Positions 42,619 to 56,520 of a stretch of 64,000 bases of DNA are shown piece after piece. Source of the DNA: the human T2T-CHM13v2.0 reference genome, Homo sapiens. Position 1 is the first letter of the stretch, and every line of letters begins with the position of its first letter. A program made the position numbers and the translations under genes. The notes beneath the pieces are model-generated. The model worked only from the letters and a program-made list of their open reading frames with translations, had not been told where the DNA came from and ran no database searches. The stretch lies in the NCBI RefSeq assembly GCF_009914755.1, contig NC_060942.1; one strand, written 5' to 3'.

Positions 42619-44259
42619 AGGTTAAAATACTTCTGTGCTTGTTGCTAAAACTTTGCCTTGAGTTCCCTGAGTGCTCACCAACCATCACAGCATGTCTTCA
42701 GAAATTTCTGACTTTGCTATGATCCAAAAAAAAGAGGGTTAAAGAGGGTTAATGATTGGTCCAGTAAGGGCCTCCAGGACACTGCCCATCCCAATAAGAA
42801 GGACAACATCCTTTTTAATTGCTTGGTTGCTAATTTCAATCTTCCTCCCTTCCCATCCCCCCATCCTCTCTCCCATACCAGTCTTGCCTTCTAGGCACCA
42901 CCATTGGATCTGTAGGGACTTCAGAGGATCAGTTTGTACCCTGTGTTCTGCCTACACCAGATAAGCCCCATTGGAATTTGCTAGGGGTCCACTTTGGAAT
43001 TCACCCCGTTAGCAGCCTTGGCTCCTTGAGTGTAAATATCTGCTACCGTTCTGGTGCCTCAAGTCTGTGTCTGTCTGCCATTGAAATCATTCTTGAGTGC
43101 CTTGCAGGAATTGTAGTTTTCATAAGACTTAGGCTTTGAGAGAGATGGAGAAAGCAGACAGACATCAGTTGGGTATCTTGAGCTCCATCAAAATGGTAGG
43201 TACTTCTGGAACAAAAGGGATGCCACATGGGACACACACGGTCTGTGAAAAAAATATGGGGTCAGAGAATACCCATAATGTGATTTCTGTTTTGACCAAC
43301 TCTGTTGAATTTTTCTTCCATTTACTGGGACAAGTTTTTTAAAACATACCAAATGCTTAACCCTCGTGGTCATTATGAATAAAAATGAGTGCTAATTCTT
43401 ATATAACATTTGTTCCATTCTAAACACTGTTCTAAATTTATATTAACTCACTGAGTTATAGAACTGTTATCTTGTTCCTCTCCCCAGGATATTGAGGCTC
43501 TGAGAGAAATTATGTAAGACTTAGTAGCAGAGCTAGGATTCAAATCCACATAGCCCAGGAACAGTCTACGATTGACTATTATTTGCTACCTCTTGGCATG
43601 AAAGATTAGGTTTGATCTAATTTAAAATGTCATTCCAATAAATGATTTTCATTCCTTGCTCAAGACTAGAGATATTGAATATTTTAAAATCTCAGACAGT
43701 GTTATATGAGTTAGAAAAAAAATGTAATTGTTTTTCTGAGAGAAGATTCAGCAATATAAATAATAGCAGAATATCCATGTAATGGGGAAATCACTAGAAT
43801 AGTTTAATGTGGCTCTCCATGTCAAATCATGGTTGAGTTATGAGCATCATTTATTGACAACTGTATCAAAGTGGCAAATCACATTGGTAATATCTAAAAA
43901 TTTACAATTCAAATTTTAGGATGAATTTATCCTAATTGTATCACTCATTAAATAGCACTTGTTATATATATTAGCTATTTATATTATAAAATATATGGCA
44001 TTTTAGTTTATTTAGAGACTATATCTAGTGTTGTATAGTTTTATTGTACAAATTGTTACATATTAAAAAATAACTCCTACCCAGAAGTTATCCATATAAT
44101 TATGTTTTTTCCTTTAATTTCCTTATTAAAACTTATATTTTAGATTGAGTAAAATTGAAGAGGTTTATTATTATTTTCATTATTTAGATATTTTAGTACT
44201 TCTAATTAGGGGGAAACTGACATAAACGCAAAATGTTTAGCATAAATTTATGATCATTA

Positions 44260-44588
<329 letters not shown>

Positions 44589-45254
44589 CTATTTATGTCA
44601 ATATAGGTAGAAGAGAAGAAGAAAATAGAAGTTCCTCTGACCAAATTTCACTGTGTACATAACGTTTTCTTTCCCTGTGTAACTTTTTATTAGAAGGCAG
44701 AGTAAAAAGGTTCATATTCTCTGTCTGACCTAAATGCTTTTTGAGAGACAATGAGCAAAGGGTAGTGGACCTGGATAAGCCTCAGATTTGCACAACTAGG
44801 AGTGAAATATATTAAATATGTGATAGTTTTGGCCTGTTTTTTTTTTAATTTGAGACTATCATAAGACAGCAGACCTTACATTTTTAACCTATAGAATATA
44901 CTATTTCTCTTAAGTTTGGAGAAATAAAATAACCTTTAATTGCTGTACTGTGCTCATATATAAATAAATGCTGTGATTCATGTTCAATAGGAAAAGGAGG
45001 AAGAAGAGCATATATAATCCCAAGAGAATATCTTTCAGTCTTTTAGTGCTCATGTACCATGGCTTGTTATTGAACCAAATGTGTGTGTAGATGAAACTTT
45101 TTTTAAAAAAATTTCAATTAATCATAATTCCTATTTCCAAAAAGATTGTGACTCTTTGCTTTTACTTGAAAAGCCTATCAAAAGGCCAGTAATTGGGAAA
45201 AGATAATTGTCTTTCATCTGCCATTGAATTACATGTAAACCTCATTAACTCCTC

Positions 45255-45940
45255 ATGGTTTGGAGTCTTGTGCCTGCAGCTCTCCCAGGCTACTCCTGCA
45301 AGCTGGTAGCTCTGCAGTTCTGGGTCGCAGAAGTGGTCCTACTCCCACAGCTCCTCTTGACATTGCTCTGATGGAGACTCTGTGGCAGCTCTGACCCTGC
45401 AGTAGGTTTCTGCCTGGGCCCCCAGGCTTCCCAATACATTGTTTGAAATCTAGGTGCAGGCTGCCATGACCCCATAGCTCATACACTCTGCATGTCTACA
45501 GAGTCAGCACCACAAGGAAGCTGCCAAAGCTTACTGCTTGCACCCTCTGGAGCTGCACCACAAGCCTCACTTGGACCTGCTGGAGCCATAGATGGAGTGG
45601 CCAAGGAGTACTGCACCAGAATGCAGGGAGCAGAGTTTTGAGGGGACTTTGAGCAGTAAAACCATGGAGGGCACCCTGGTCCTGCCTCCCAAAACTACTC
45701 TACGCCCCTAGAACTCTGGGCCTGTGATAGGAGGGACAGCCTGAAAGAGCTCTGCAATGGCTTCAAGGTCTTTCTCCCATTGTCTTGATGTCTTACCTGG
45801 CTTCCTTCTACTCATATCCTTATCAAATGGCCACTTACCACACCCTTGGTTTGTTCTCTGAACATACGTTTTCAATCTTTACATGGACAGGCTGCAGATT
45901 TTTCAAATCTTTCCACTCTTTTAATTGTAAATTCCATCTC
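45255..45940 (-). mobile_element. MaLR (MST/THE1-like) internal fragment
   Basis: GC-richer block with GCAGTAGGTTTCTGCCTGGGC..CAGGC..TACAT..TGAAATCTAGG and GGGCCTGTGATAGGAGGG signatures; no flanking LTR seen. Confidence 0.8.
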
Positions 45941-48900
45941 CCAATGATTTAATTTTGAAGCTTCTGTGACTTAAAGTGTTAGAATTTCTCATTTGAATCT
46001 ACCCAAATTGGCAGAAGCTCTGAAATAAGCTTCTGTAGGATAACAGAATAAACTGTGTCTGTTACTATGATATGAGGCAAAAAGAAGAAGAATAAAGAGA
46101 CATCTAAGAACAAACATCTGTATTATTTTCCTATAGCAATGCTGGGTAGAAGGAGCTTGTGGATAACACACTAATGAGTCTGTTTACCCACCTGGCAAAT
46201 GAAGGGTCTCCTCTAACCCTTAATCAGCTGTTAATTTATGAGACAGATACTAGATTTGTTTTCGGCAGCATTCTTACCACCTTTCTCCTAGATTTAAAAG
46301 TCTGGTTATTTTTTCACATCTGCACACATATTCCTTCAAAGAGGAAGGGATCTCTAAAGGAACAAATGTTTATTAAGTACCTACTTCATGCCAGGCACTA
46401 TGCTAGGTGCTTTATATAAAATATTTTATTTAATCTTGTTAGGAATGCTGCAAAATAGGTCATTTTTAGGTTTATAGTTTCTATAAGCCTAGAAAACTAA
46501 TGCTTATACCAAGGTTGAGAAATTTGCCCAGTAGCTTCCATATAGTAAGGGGCATGATCAGGATGTATCACATAGAGGTTTTATTCCAGAGCCCACAATA
46601 GATCTTTTAGTACCAGGCTGTAGTTCTGACCCATCTGTATATTCATGTGGATAGCATATTCTTGTCTTTCTTATATGAAACTATTTCACAGAGCCATTTT
46701 CTTAGAAAAGTAAAATTTTAAAAACTTTTTTAGATATTTTCCATTTCTCAATTTAGTTTTCATATGAAGCATACATTTTTATATAAAATGATTTAAGTAG
46801 TAGCAGACACCAAACCAATGAGTTTAATATAGGTGATTTTTCATTTTAAGTAAAAGCCTTTCTCTATGTTATTAAACAAAACTACTGTACTTAGTGCATA
46901 TACAATGTACCTCTTCAATTTTCTAGTTTTTTTAAAGGTAACAAGAGATATCTGTATTCTAAATATCGAGATAGCCATTATTTAACTTATTTTAGGCATT
47001 TCAAGCATCTGCTACGTGTTAGGTACTATGTGTTAGGTTTCTATGTAGACATACAAGATAGATAACGTTTCTGCTCTTCAGGAATTTGTCTGAAATATGT
47101 CTATATCTGTCATAACAGATACAAGTTCAGTACGTTGGAAATGGTAATAGAGACCTTGTTGATTTTAGAACCCCCCTATATCCCTGTTTCAGGTTCACAA
47201 GATCCATCTTTTAGCATCAGATATGTTCTCATATCTCTATTACTGAATTACTTCTCTAGTTCACACCTTAACTCTGTTTTGAGATCTGGAGAACTAGAAC
47301 TATGCTTTCTGATTTGTAGGGAAAGACATTCCTGAATGCTGGTAAGATCAGTTAATGTTTCAGATTTATCACATGTCACATCAAGTATCGGAATGTCCAT
47401 TCATACTCAGCAAGTATTTGCTGAGTGCCCTCTCTATAGTTCAAGCATTATGCTACTCTTGGAACAACGGTCAATAGTACAGACATATGAAGCCTTTAGG
47501 AAGCTTACATAATCTAGTAGACATTCTAAAATGGTCTTTAGATTTTTGCTGTAGGATCACCTGTCCCTGTCCCCTGGATTAGAAGTAGGCTTCTCATTTC
47601 TTAGGTAATGGCCTGGCAGCATCCATATCCAGCTTTATCAGGATTAAATAAGCCTATTTGGCTTCTAATTTTATGTTTCTCCCTAGGTACAGATAAATCT
47701 TTTCCTTCCTATTAGCAGTACATTTTGATTTTCTTGATTTAAACCATATCTAAATCTTATTTCATAATTTTGTCAGATTTAAAATAGGATAGGTGCTCCA
47801 ACAAGGCTGTAAAGAAGATAAATAGCATTTTGAAAATAGATTTCTTGTTATTCGTCACCATGAAATTAAAATAGGCTCAGAGAGGAAAAAAAGAATACAT
47901 CATTGTGGTGGGTGGTTATATTTAATCTAAAAATAAAAGTGATTATATGTTCATTAAATTTTAGTGGGCTGGAGAAGGAGGGTTTTATCTTTAGATTAAC
48001 ATTGCTAAAAGTGTATTTCATGAGAATGTTCATTTCATAGGGAAAAAACAAAAGTGGGAAAAAAGAAAAAGAGTTTCATGGTTAGATAAGTTTAGAAAAT
48101 CATGGTTTTCTATATGATTTTTCAGTCTTTAGGGTTTTAGGTTATTGTAGTAATTTATATATTAAGTCATAAAGGTCTGAACTATGACAATTGCAGAGAC
48201 AGTGTAGATGAATGGTTATTTCAGGAGTTATTAAAGGTTGGAATCAGTATGGCTTAAACATTTAATTAGTGTGAGAGTAAGGGCAAGGAATAAGTGAATA
48301 GTCATCTTCAGGTTTCCCATTTGGCCAACTGGGTCAATAATGGTGCCATTATTGGAGAGACTGCAGGAGAACCACATTTGAAAGGAAGATGATGAAATCC
48401 ATAGATAATATTGAACTAGTAATTTATGAGACATTCAAGTGGGCATGTCCAGGAGATAACTGGGTAGGTCGGTGTCTTGTGAAAAGATTTTTTAAATTTC
48501 GGAGTCTTCAGAGTACTTGTGAAACTTAAAACCACCAGAGTGAAAGTCATTCCAGTGAAGTGTGTAAATTAAGAAAATGTCTAAGGATGATACATGGATA
48601 AACACCAACTTTGAGATGAGTGATAGAGGAACTCAAGCAGAAAGAACAATAGTGGGAAGAATTTTTTTTAAGGCTGTGGGAAAGAGGATGCTTTGTTCCC
48701 ACCAAGTTGAATATAGAAAAACAAGTATCTACAAACTATGGAGATTGCATCTTGCTTTCACTTATTTATTGCTAAGTCATGCCTAACAGTACTAAGTTTC
48801 TCAAGTCTATAATTGGCAGGGAGAATTTTCTAAACCTAGTAAAGGTGATGATAGTACTGCCTTAGGACTTTTGTATTATTTTAGGGACGGGTTTTTATTC

Positions 48901-51851
48901 TAACTCATATTCTTATGAAAATTGAAAAGAGAATTTTTTCTTTTCTTACAACTGTTCTGGGATACTAAAATAAGTATTAAAGACGGGAAAGTGTTATTTC
49001 AAATCACCTTATAGTCAGGAAAAAAATTCCAGAAAATTCTGACTTGAAAGAAGACAATTTTACATAGCAAAATAGATGACTCAGACCTATTGATTGGAAC
49101 TCATCAATAATGAACTAGAATGGGAATGAAAAAATACTTCTTCAGACCAGTGTTATGGAAAAGATCTTTTAAAATACAGCAATATTTTGAGTGTGGGCCA
49201 AAAAGAACTAAGTCTAGCAAGCATTTCAAGATAATATTAGTGATGAATTGAGTTGGACAACAAAGTATTGATATTTTATTTCTACTTTGAAATTTCACAT
49301 TCCACCTTTGGTGTCTCCACATAGTTGTACATCTCATAAGTCATGAAAGCATAATCTTTAAGCACTCAAGTGCCTCTAATATACTACAGTATTATCCAGT
49401 GCAGTTTGAGAAATAACTGTTTCAACTAATCTGGAGTTGCTTATACTGACTTTTAAGTGTTAACTATTTTGGTAAGATTATAATATGCGATGTTAATATA
49501 CATCTACATCTTTGCAGTTATTACTTTAGTTCTAGTAAAATTGTATTCAGCAGAGTTGGACTATGAGCCACTTGGTTGGTCATTCCTGCAGCATTTTTAA
49601 TAAACATACATATCCTCAAATATTTTTAGGAAGGATTACAATATTTGAAAAATATTTGCAAGGTTGTTCCGCACAATGTCTCTCTTTACAGGATAATTAA
49701 TTTTTAGCTTTAATCTAATGCTAATAAAGAAGATACATTCATATATCTGTAAATACAACATTGCTATTAACCTTTCTTTTGAAACTTTCTCATGTAACTG
49801 CAATTACTTGATCATATTATGCCTTTATAGAAATGTACTATAGATTCAAACATACGCCTTTGTCTTTTAAAGTCTATATTGTATATTAAGAAACATGCAG
49901 CAGAGTGAATTCATATTGATAAGTATTATCTTTTCAAAGTATTGGTAAATTCTAATGACATTTGGCAATATATACGTAGATGTGCATAAAAATATAAATT
50001 CTTGCCGTCTGACATGGGTTTTTCTGGCTTTCTGTGCCTTAATCATTCAGTGTTTTACTCTTGGTCACCTAAACTTTCACCAATTGCATTTTGAGTTTTT
50101 TCCCAGTTTGTGTTTTAACCAGTTTTTTTTTCTTTTTTTCTTTTTTTTTTTTTTTTCATATTTCTATCATTCTGGCGTAGGGCACTTCTGATCTGCAATT
50201 GTTCTGTAATGTCTTAGAAAATTTTAAGTGATATCAAAAGCATGATATATATATTTATTTAAGATACAGTTAGATATTTTTAAATCAAAATCAATTGCCT
50301 AGAGTTTTAAAATGTAAAAAAAAAAAAAAAGTAAACCAACATGCTGTGTAAACCTATTCTGTACTTACCTTACACACTGAATGTGTCCAGTCTTACTTCA
50401 ATGCAACTCTAAGAGTTTCCGGAAGTGTAAATGTTAAGGAAAATGTTTAACTTTGTTGCACAGAAGTATTTGCAGATCAGCATTGCTGACTACCAAAAAA
50501 CATAAAGTAACATACGATGTCATCTGATTTTTAGTGGTGCTTCCATGTTGCTGCAGTTAAATTCTGTGCATCAAAATAATTGGCCTTTGTGTACTAGATG
50601 TGATTCAATTACATCTTGTTTTTATTGAAAATGTGCAAACTGAGTGAATCCTAATTTTTCCATATATTTTTATAGCTGTGGCTCTGATAACATCTCATTT
50701 GGCATCTTTTTTATGTGTATTAGTCAGTTAGGAAAAAATTGCATCTTTAAGATGAAACCTTCAGTTCCAGTTTTTATGCAGAATGATTTAACTACTGTAA
50801 TTTCTTAATATTCATTTGTGGCAAAGATCACTTAATTTTCCCAGAGCTTTACTTCTCAGAAATATATTTTTTCTCAAGTCTAACATTTTAAAGAGCTTAT
50901 TAAAATGTTTCCTCAATATTCATATTTATGTCATAATCACACTCTGTGATAATAGGAGAAATCCTGAGTTTCACTAGTACCTCTTAACATGAACAAATCT
51001 ATTAGAAGAGTTATCAGAAACTTTGAAATTCTACTTAATCCTACTCAGTATCCTTAGAAAACTATACTTTTAGAAATGTACACATTCATTTGCTATAGAA
51101 TTATCTTAATTAGGAATTAAAAGTGAAACTGTTTCTATCCTGTGGCTCTAAATGAAAAATAAAACCCTTGGGGTTTTGGATTTTTTTTTTTTTTTTTTGA
51201 TATGTGTTTGATGTATCTGTGTTTGTTTTTAGAAAACATACTCTTGTTTGTAGAAAAATTTATAGGCATCACGACATTTGTTAAATATTGAAACCATATT
51301 CCTTCAACATCCTAATGAAGGGAACTATTCACTAACGTCTCTATACGTTGATTTATAACATTATTCTAGATAATGCATTTTAAGTTAACTTTTGTAAAAA
51401 AAAAATCCTAAGTTTTTCTTTTTAAGAATATTTGCTTGGGCTTCATCTAATTTTTACCTTATCCCCTGAAATTATGTCACCTGCACACATCCATTACATT
51501 TCTTACCTAGACTGAATAAAGCAGAAGTACCCAGATTATTAATATTTTTATTTATCTAAATGAGAGTATGCCATAGATTTTATTTTTAAATAGAGCTATT
51601 CCTTGTCAGACAGCTAGAACATTTGATAATAACCCCCTGAATTCTACTAAAACTATGGAAAACATTCACCAGTTTGCTTGCAAATCAACTCTGCTGCATG
51701 CGTTCACAAGTTTCATAAAGATTGCATGCTTTCTGTTTTCAATACAAATTGTATTTTTTTTTCATACCCATCCTTGCTTTTTATTTTTTAATTTTTGTTT
51801 CCCTTTTCTTGGTTGGATGCCTGTGTGTGTTTATTCCAAATCCCTGTCCAG

Positions 51852-51923
51852 TCCTGGAGTTTGAACTACGGAAAGCCAAGGAGACCATTCAGGCCCTCCG
51901 AGCCAACCTGACAAAGGCCGCAG
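51852..51923 (+). CDS. RELCH: RELCH exon 3 (72 nt, phase 1-1; coiled coil)
   Basis: CCAG acceptor; encodes (V)LEFELRKAKETIQALRANLTKAA with a heptad pattern; weak donor CAG|GTGGTG. Confidence 0.93.
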
Positions 51924-52033
51924 GTGGTGTACATAAAACTTTTTTGAGACTTTTCAACTTTGACAATGTAGAAGTAGCTGAGATATTTTAAAATGTAAAA
52001 TAGTAAAATAGTACTTATGTTTTTTTCCACCAG

Positions 52034-52089
52034 AACATGAAGTTCCTTTACAGGAACGAAAAAATTACAAATCAAGTCCTGAAATTCAG
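52034..52089 (+). CDS. RELCH: RELCH exon 4 (56 nt)
   Basis: TTTTTTCCACCAG acceptor; encodes (E)HEVPLQERKNYKSSPEIQ; donor CAG|GTGGGT; phase 1-0 keeps the frame. Confidence 0.93.
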
Positions 52090-52198
52090 GTGGGTGACAG
52101 AAGACAAATGTAAAATTAATCTTCCACATTAAATGGTAACATAAATATTGAAGGAGGAATACTTATGATTTCCTGTTTGCCTCTTATTTTGCTTCCAG

Positions 52199-52312
52199 GA
52201 GCCAATCAAACCTCTTGAAAAGAGAGCTCTAAACTTCTTAGTCAATGAATTTTTATTGAAGAATAACTATAAGCTTACATCAATAACCTTTTCAGATGAA
52301 AACGATGATCAG
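52199..52312 (+). CDS. RELCH: RELCH exon 5 (114 nt; LisH motif)
   Basis: TTTTGCTTCCAG acceptor; EPIKPLEKRALNFLVNEFLLKNNYKLTSITFSDENDDQ matches the LisH pattern; donor CAG|GTAAAG. Confidence 0.95.
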
Positions 52313-53269
52313 GTAAAGTTACTTTTTGTTTTTACAGTGATTTTTTTCTACACTTATAATTCACTTTTTCTTTTACGTAGTTTCTTTTTTTTTTTTTTTA
52401 AGTTATATATATAGTAAAATTCTACAAGGCTAGTTACTAGAACAGCAGTCTCTTGCCTGAAGCTAATTCTATTAGCTTACAGACTTTATTCTTTCCCTGT
52501 TGCTTTCTACATAAAGACTTTTCATTCTTTCTAGATTCCTTTTTACTACTCCTCAGTGACTATATAGTCCACTCATTTTTGCATATATTCATAAAGTATG
52601 CTTTTTAAAGACATACTTTATAGTATAGGTTCTTGTGTACTTATAAATCCAGTTTAACTATAAACCTCTTCAATTCCACTGTAACAATTAAGATGTTAGA
52701 TAAATATATGACAGTATTTAAGAGAGTATATTGTAAATGAGAGTGAGAAAATCAGCTGTATCTCTCTGAATAGGGGCCAATTTTAGAACTTTATTATTAT
52801 TTTCCTGATAAAATCTCTTTAAGCAAAAAAGATGTCTTATTTTAGTGTCATCTCTCAAATGGAATATTTTGACTTCTTAGTGCTAATGGATTGGTTTGAA
52901 TCTTACACCTTAAAAAAGTAAATGCCAGTGAATTTATTATTTAGGAATCTGAAGGCCATCATTTTAAATCAAGATTATTCTGTTGGTTCATAAAATCTCC
53001 TATAGATCCTTTAGCAAAAATAGAAATTTTCTGAGTAAGATAGTTCAGTTAACCCCTCAGTTATTAGAATATATTTGGCAAAATTAAATGCAATAAGTAT
53101 CTAGTTATTTTTTATTCAATGGTAGTGTCACTGAACATGTGCTATGTAAGAGACATTAAACTAATATTTAACATGAGTATTATACAATGCTATACTATGG
53201 TTATAGTTTAGGTTAATCATGTTTTTTAAATGATGGACTAAACAGTGAATAGGAAAGATTTTGAATATG

Positions 53270-56200
53270 TGAGAAACATTGAGAGGTCAAAAAGAACACA
53301 GAAAAAGAGGAAAAGAGGAGCAAAAAATAGATGGAATACATAGAAAACAGATAATAAAATGGTTAGATTAAAACCTAGCTCTATCAGTATTCACTGTAAG
53401 TGTAAATGATTAGTCCTTCTCGAATAAAAATCAGAAATTAGAGATGTCAACAATGCTCTCTCAATAATTAATAGAACAAGTCAACAGAAAATCTTTTAGG
53501 ATATAGAAGGCTTGTGCTATGTTATCAACCAATGGGCATAATTACAATTTTATAAAAATGCTTCATCCTTCAACAGTGAATACATACTCTTTAAATTCAA
53601 ATGGTTCACTTACAAAGTTAGACCATATTATGGGTTATAAAACAAGTCTCAAGATGGTGAAATTAACTAGCAATTAGTAACAAAGTTATTTCCAAATAAC
53701 GCATGAGTTAAAAAAGAAAAGGGAAATTATGAAGTATTTTGAACTGAGTGAAGATGAAAACAAAACATATCAAAATTTGTGGGATATAACTAAAATAGCA
53801 CTTAGAGGGAAATTCATAGCACTAAATGTCTATACAAGGAAAGAAAAAAATTCAAATCAGTGAAATCAGGCTCTGCCTTAAGAAACTAAAAAAAGAAAAC
53901 CAAGTGAAACCCAAAGTAAGTAGAAGAAAGGAAATGATAAAGATGATAGCATAAGTCAATGACACAGGCAGCAGAAAACAATAGAGAAAAATTAATGAAA
54001 CAAACAAGTAGTCCTTTGAGAAGATCAGTAAAATTGATAAACCTCTAGCCTAACTGATTAGGAAAAAGAGAGAAGATACAAATAACCAAAATCAACAATG
54101 AGCAAGGTTACATCACTACAGATTTTACTTATATTAGAAGAATAATAAAAGAATGTTATGAATAACTTTTCTTGTAAGAAGACAACTGCCAAAGCACACT
54201 CAAGAAGAAATAGATTATTTTAAGGGCTTTATATTTATTAAAGAAATAAAATTTGTACTTAAAAATACTACTACCAAGAAAACTCCAGGTCTGGATGGCT
54301 TCACTTGCAAATTTGACCAAACATTGGAGGAAGAAGTAATACAAACTCTTCTAGAAATTAAAGATAAGGGAATACTTCCAAACTCATTCAATGAGACCAG
54401 CATACTTCTGATATCAAAACCAGACAAAGACACTGCAAACAAATAAAATTACAGGCTCATTTCCTTTATTAATATAGATATAGAAATTATACATAACATT
54501 TTAGCAAATCAAATTAAACAGAATGTTAAAAGGACAATTCATTATGACCAAATGAGGTTTATCTCAGGAATATAAGGTTGAGTTCATATCCAAAAATCAG
54601 TCATTGTAATTGATCATATTAAAAAGAAAATCAAATAATCATCTGAGAAGATGCAGAAAAGGCATTTGACTCAATCCAACATCCATTCTCTTTTAAAACT
54701 TTAAAGAAATTAGAAATAGAGAGTCATTTCCCCAACTGATAGAGGACATTTATAGAAAACCTATCACTAACATCATTCTTTTTCTTTTTTTTTATTATTA
54801 TACTTTAAGTTCTAGGGTACATGTGCACAACGTGCAGGTTTGATACATAGGTATACATGTGCCATGTTGGTTTGCTGCACCCATCACCTCGTCATTTACA
54901 TTAGGCATTTCTCCTAACGCTATCCCTCCCCCAGCCCCTCATGCCCCAACAGGCCCTGGTGTGTGATGTTCCTCACCATGTGTCCAAGTGATCTAATTGT
55001 TCAATTCCCACCTATGAATGAGAACATGCAGTGCTTGGTTTTCTGTCCTTGTGATAGTTTGCTGAGAATGATGGTTTCCAGCTTCATCCATGTCCCTGCA
55101 AAGGACATGAACTCATCTTTTTTACGGCTGCATAGTATCCCACACTAACATCATTCTTAATGATGAAAGATGAAGATGGAAACAAGAACATTTATTCTCA
55201 CTACTTCTATTCAGCATCATACTGAAGATTCTAGCTAGTGCAATAAGGCAAGAAAAAGTAATTCAAGCACACATTTTGGAAAGGAAGAAATAACAGTCCT
55301 TATTCACCAATGACATGATCATGTGTATAGAAAATCCTATAGACTCTCCAAAAACGGTACAAAAACTAAGTGATTTTAGCAAGGTTGTAGGAAACAAGGT
55401 AAGTATACAAAAACCTATCATATGTTAGCAACAACCAATTGGAAATCAAATTTTTAAAATATCATGTTCAATAGTATTAAAAAATAGGAAATAACTTAGG
55501 AATAAATCTGACAGCTTCTACACTGAAAGCTACTTAACATTGAGATAAATTAAAGAGATTTAAATGAAGAGATATTGTGCTCATGGATCAGAAGACCCAA
55601 TATTGTCAAGGTAACAATTTTGATTTGTATTTTCAATGAAATCTAAATCTCACTTCTTACTGGCATTTTTGTGGAAAGTAATGATTTTTTTCTAAAATTC
55701 ATATGAAAAGGAAACAGCCAAAACAACTTTAATAAAGAAGAACAAATTTGGAGGACCTAAACTACCTGGCTTCAAGTCTTAAAAGATATTATAGTAAAGA
55801 TATTATTTGTCATATTTGTATATAGACAAATAAATTGATGAAACAGAATAGAATCCAGAGATGGACTTCCACATAGATGATCTGTTGAATTCTGACAAAA
55901 TGCAAAATACCTTCCATGCAGAAAGGGTAGTCTTTTTTTTACAAATGGTAATGGAACCATTTGCCTAAACAAAATAAACATCAAACCATACCATATACAA
56001 AAATTAACTCAAAATGGAGCATATACTTAAATATAGATCCTAAAAAGCTGTAAGGCTTCTAGAGGAAAACAGGAAAAAAAAAATCACTGCAGGCTTGGAA
56101 GATAGGCAAAACATTTATTAGATATGACACAAAAAGCATGATGTTCTCTGTCAGATTTGCTCTCATCAAAATTAATAACTTCTGCTGTTTGGAAGCCACT

Positions 56201-56520
56201 TTTAAGTGAATGAGAAGACCGAGAGGGTGAAAATATTGCAAGTAACATATCTAATAAAGGAGTTATATCCAAAATTTATAAAGAGCTCTCTAAACTTAAT
56301 AATAGAAAATTAATCTATTTTTTAAAAGAATGCACAAAAATTTTAAACAGGTGCTTCACTAAGGAAGTTATATGGATGGAAAATAAGCACGTGAAAAAGA
56401 TTCTCAACATTTGTATTCATTAGAGAAATGCAAATTCAATCACATTGAGATACCACAACACGTTAATTAGAATGTTTACCTATGAAGTTTTGGCAAGGAT
56501 ATGGAGCAACTAGAAATTAT
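53270..56520 (+). mobile_element. Old L1M ORF2 remnant in sense orientation in RELCH intron 5
   Basis: A-rich L1 ORF2-type text from the endonuclease region to the C-terminus (AGAGAAATGCAAATT...GAGATACCAC), heavily stopped. Confidence 0.85.
54781..55142 (-). mobile_element. L1PA 3' fragment with 16-bp TSD nested in the older L1
   Basis: TTATTATACTTTAAGTTCTAGGGTACATGTGCACAACGTGCAGG; TSD CACTAACATCATTCTT at 54765-54780 and 55143-55158. Confidence 0.93.

Noticed and set aside
42640-43380. Unassigned moderately GC-rich stretch with short ORFs and a 10-bp tandem repeat
   Set aside because: I could not assign it to a repeat family or gene, and saw no convincing splice-site pair; a Dfam search is needed.
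45253-45486. 77-aa ORF in a GC-richer block
   Set aside because: Remnant of MaLR internal sequence with no intact frame or LTR promoter.
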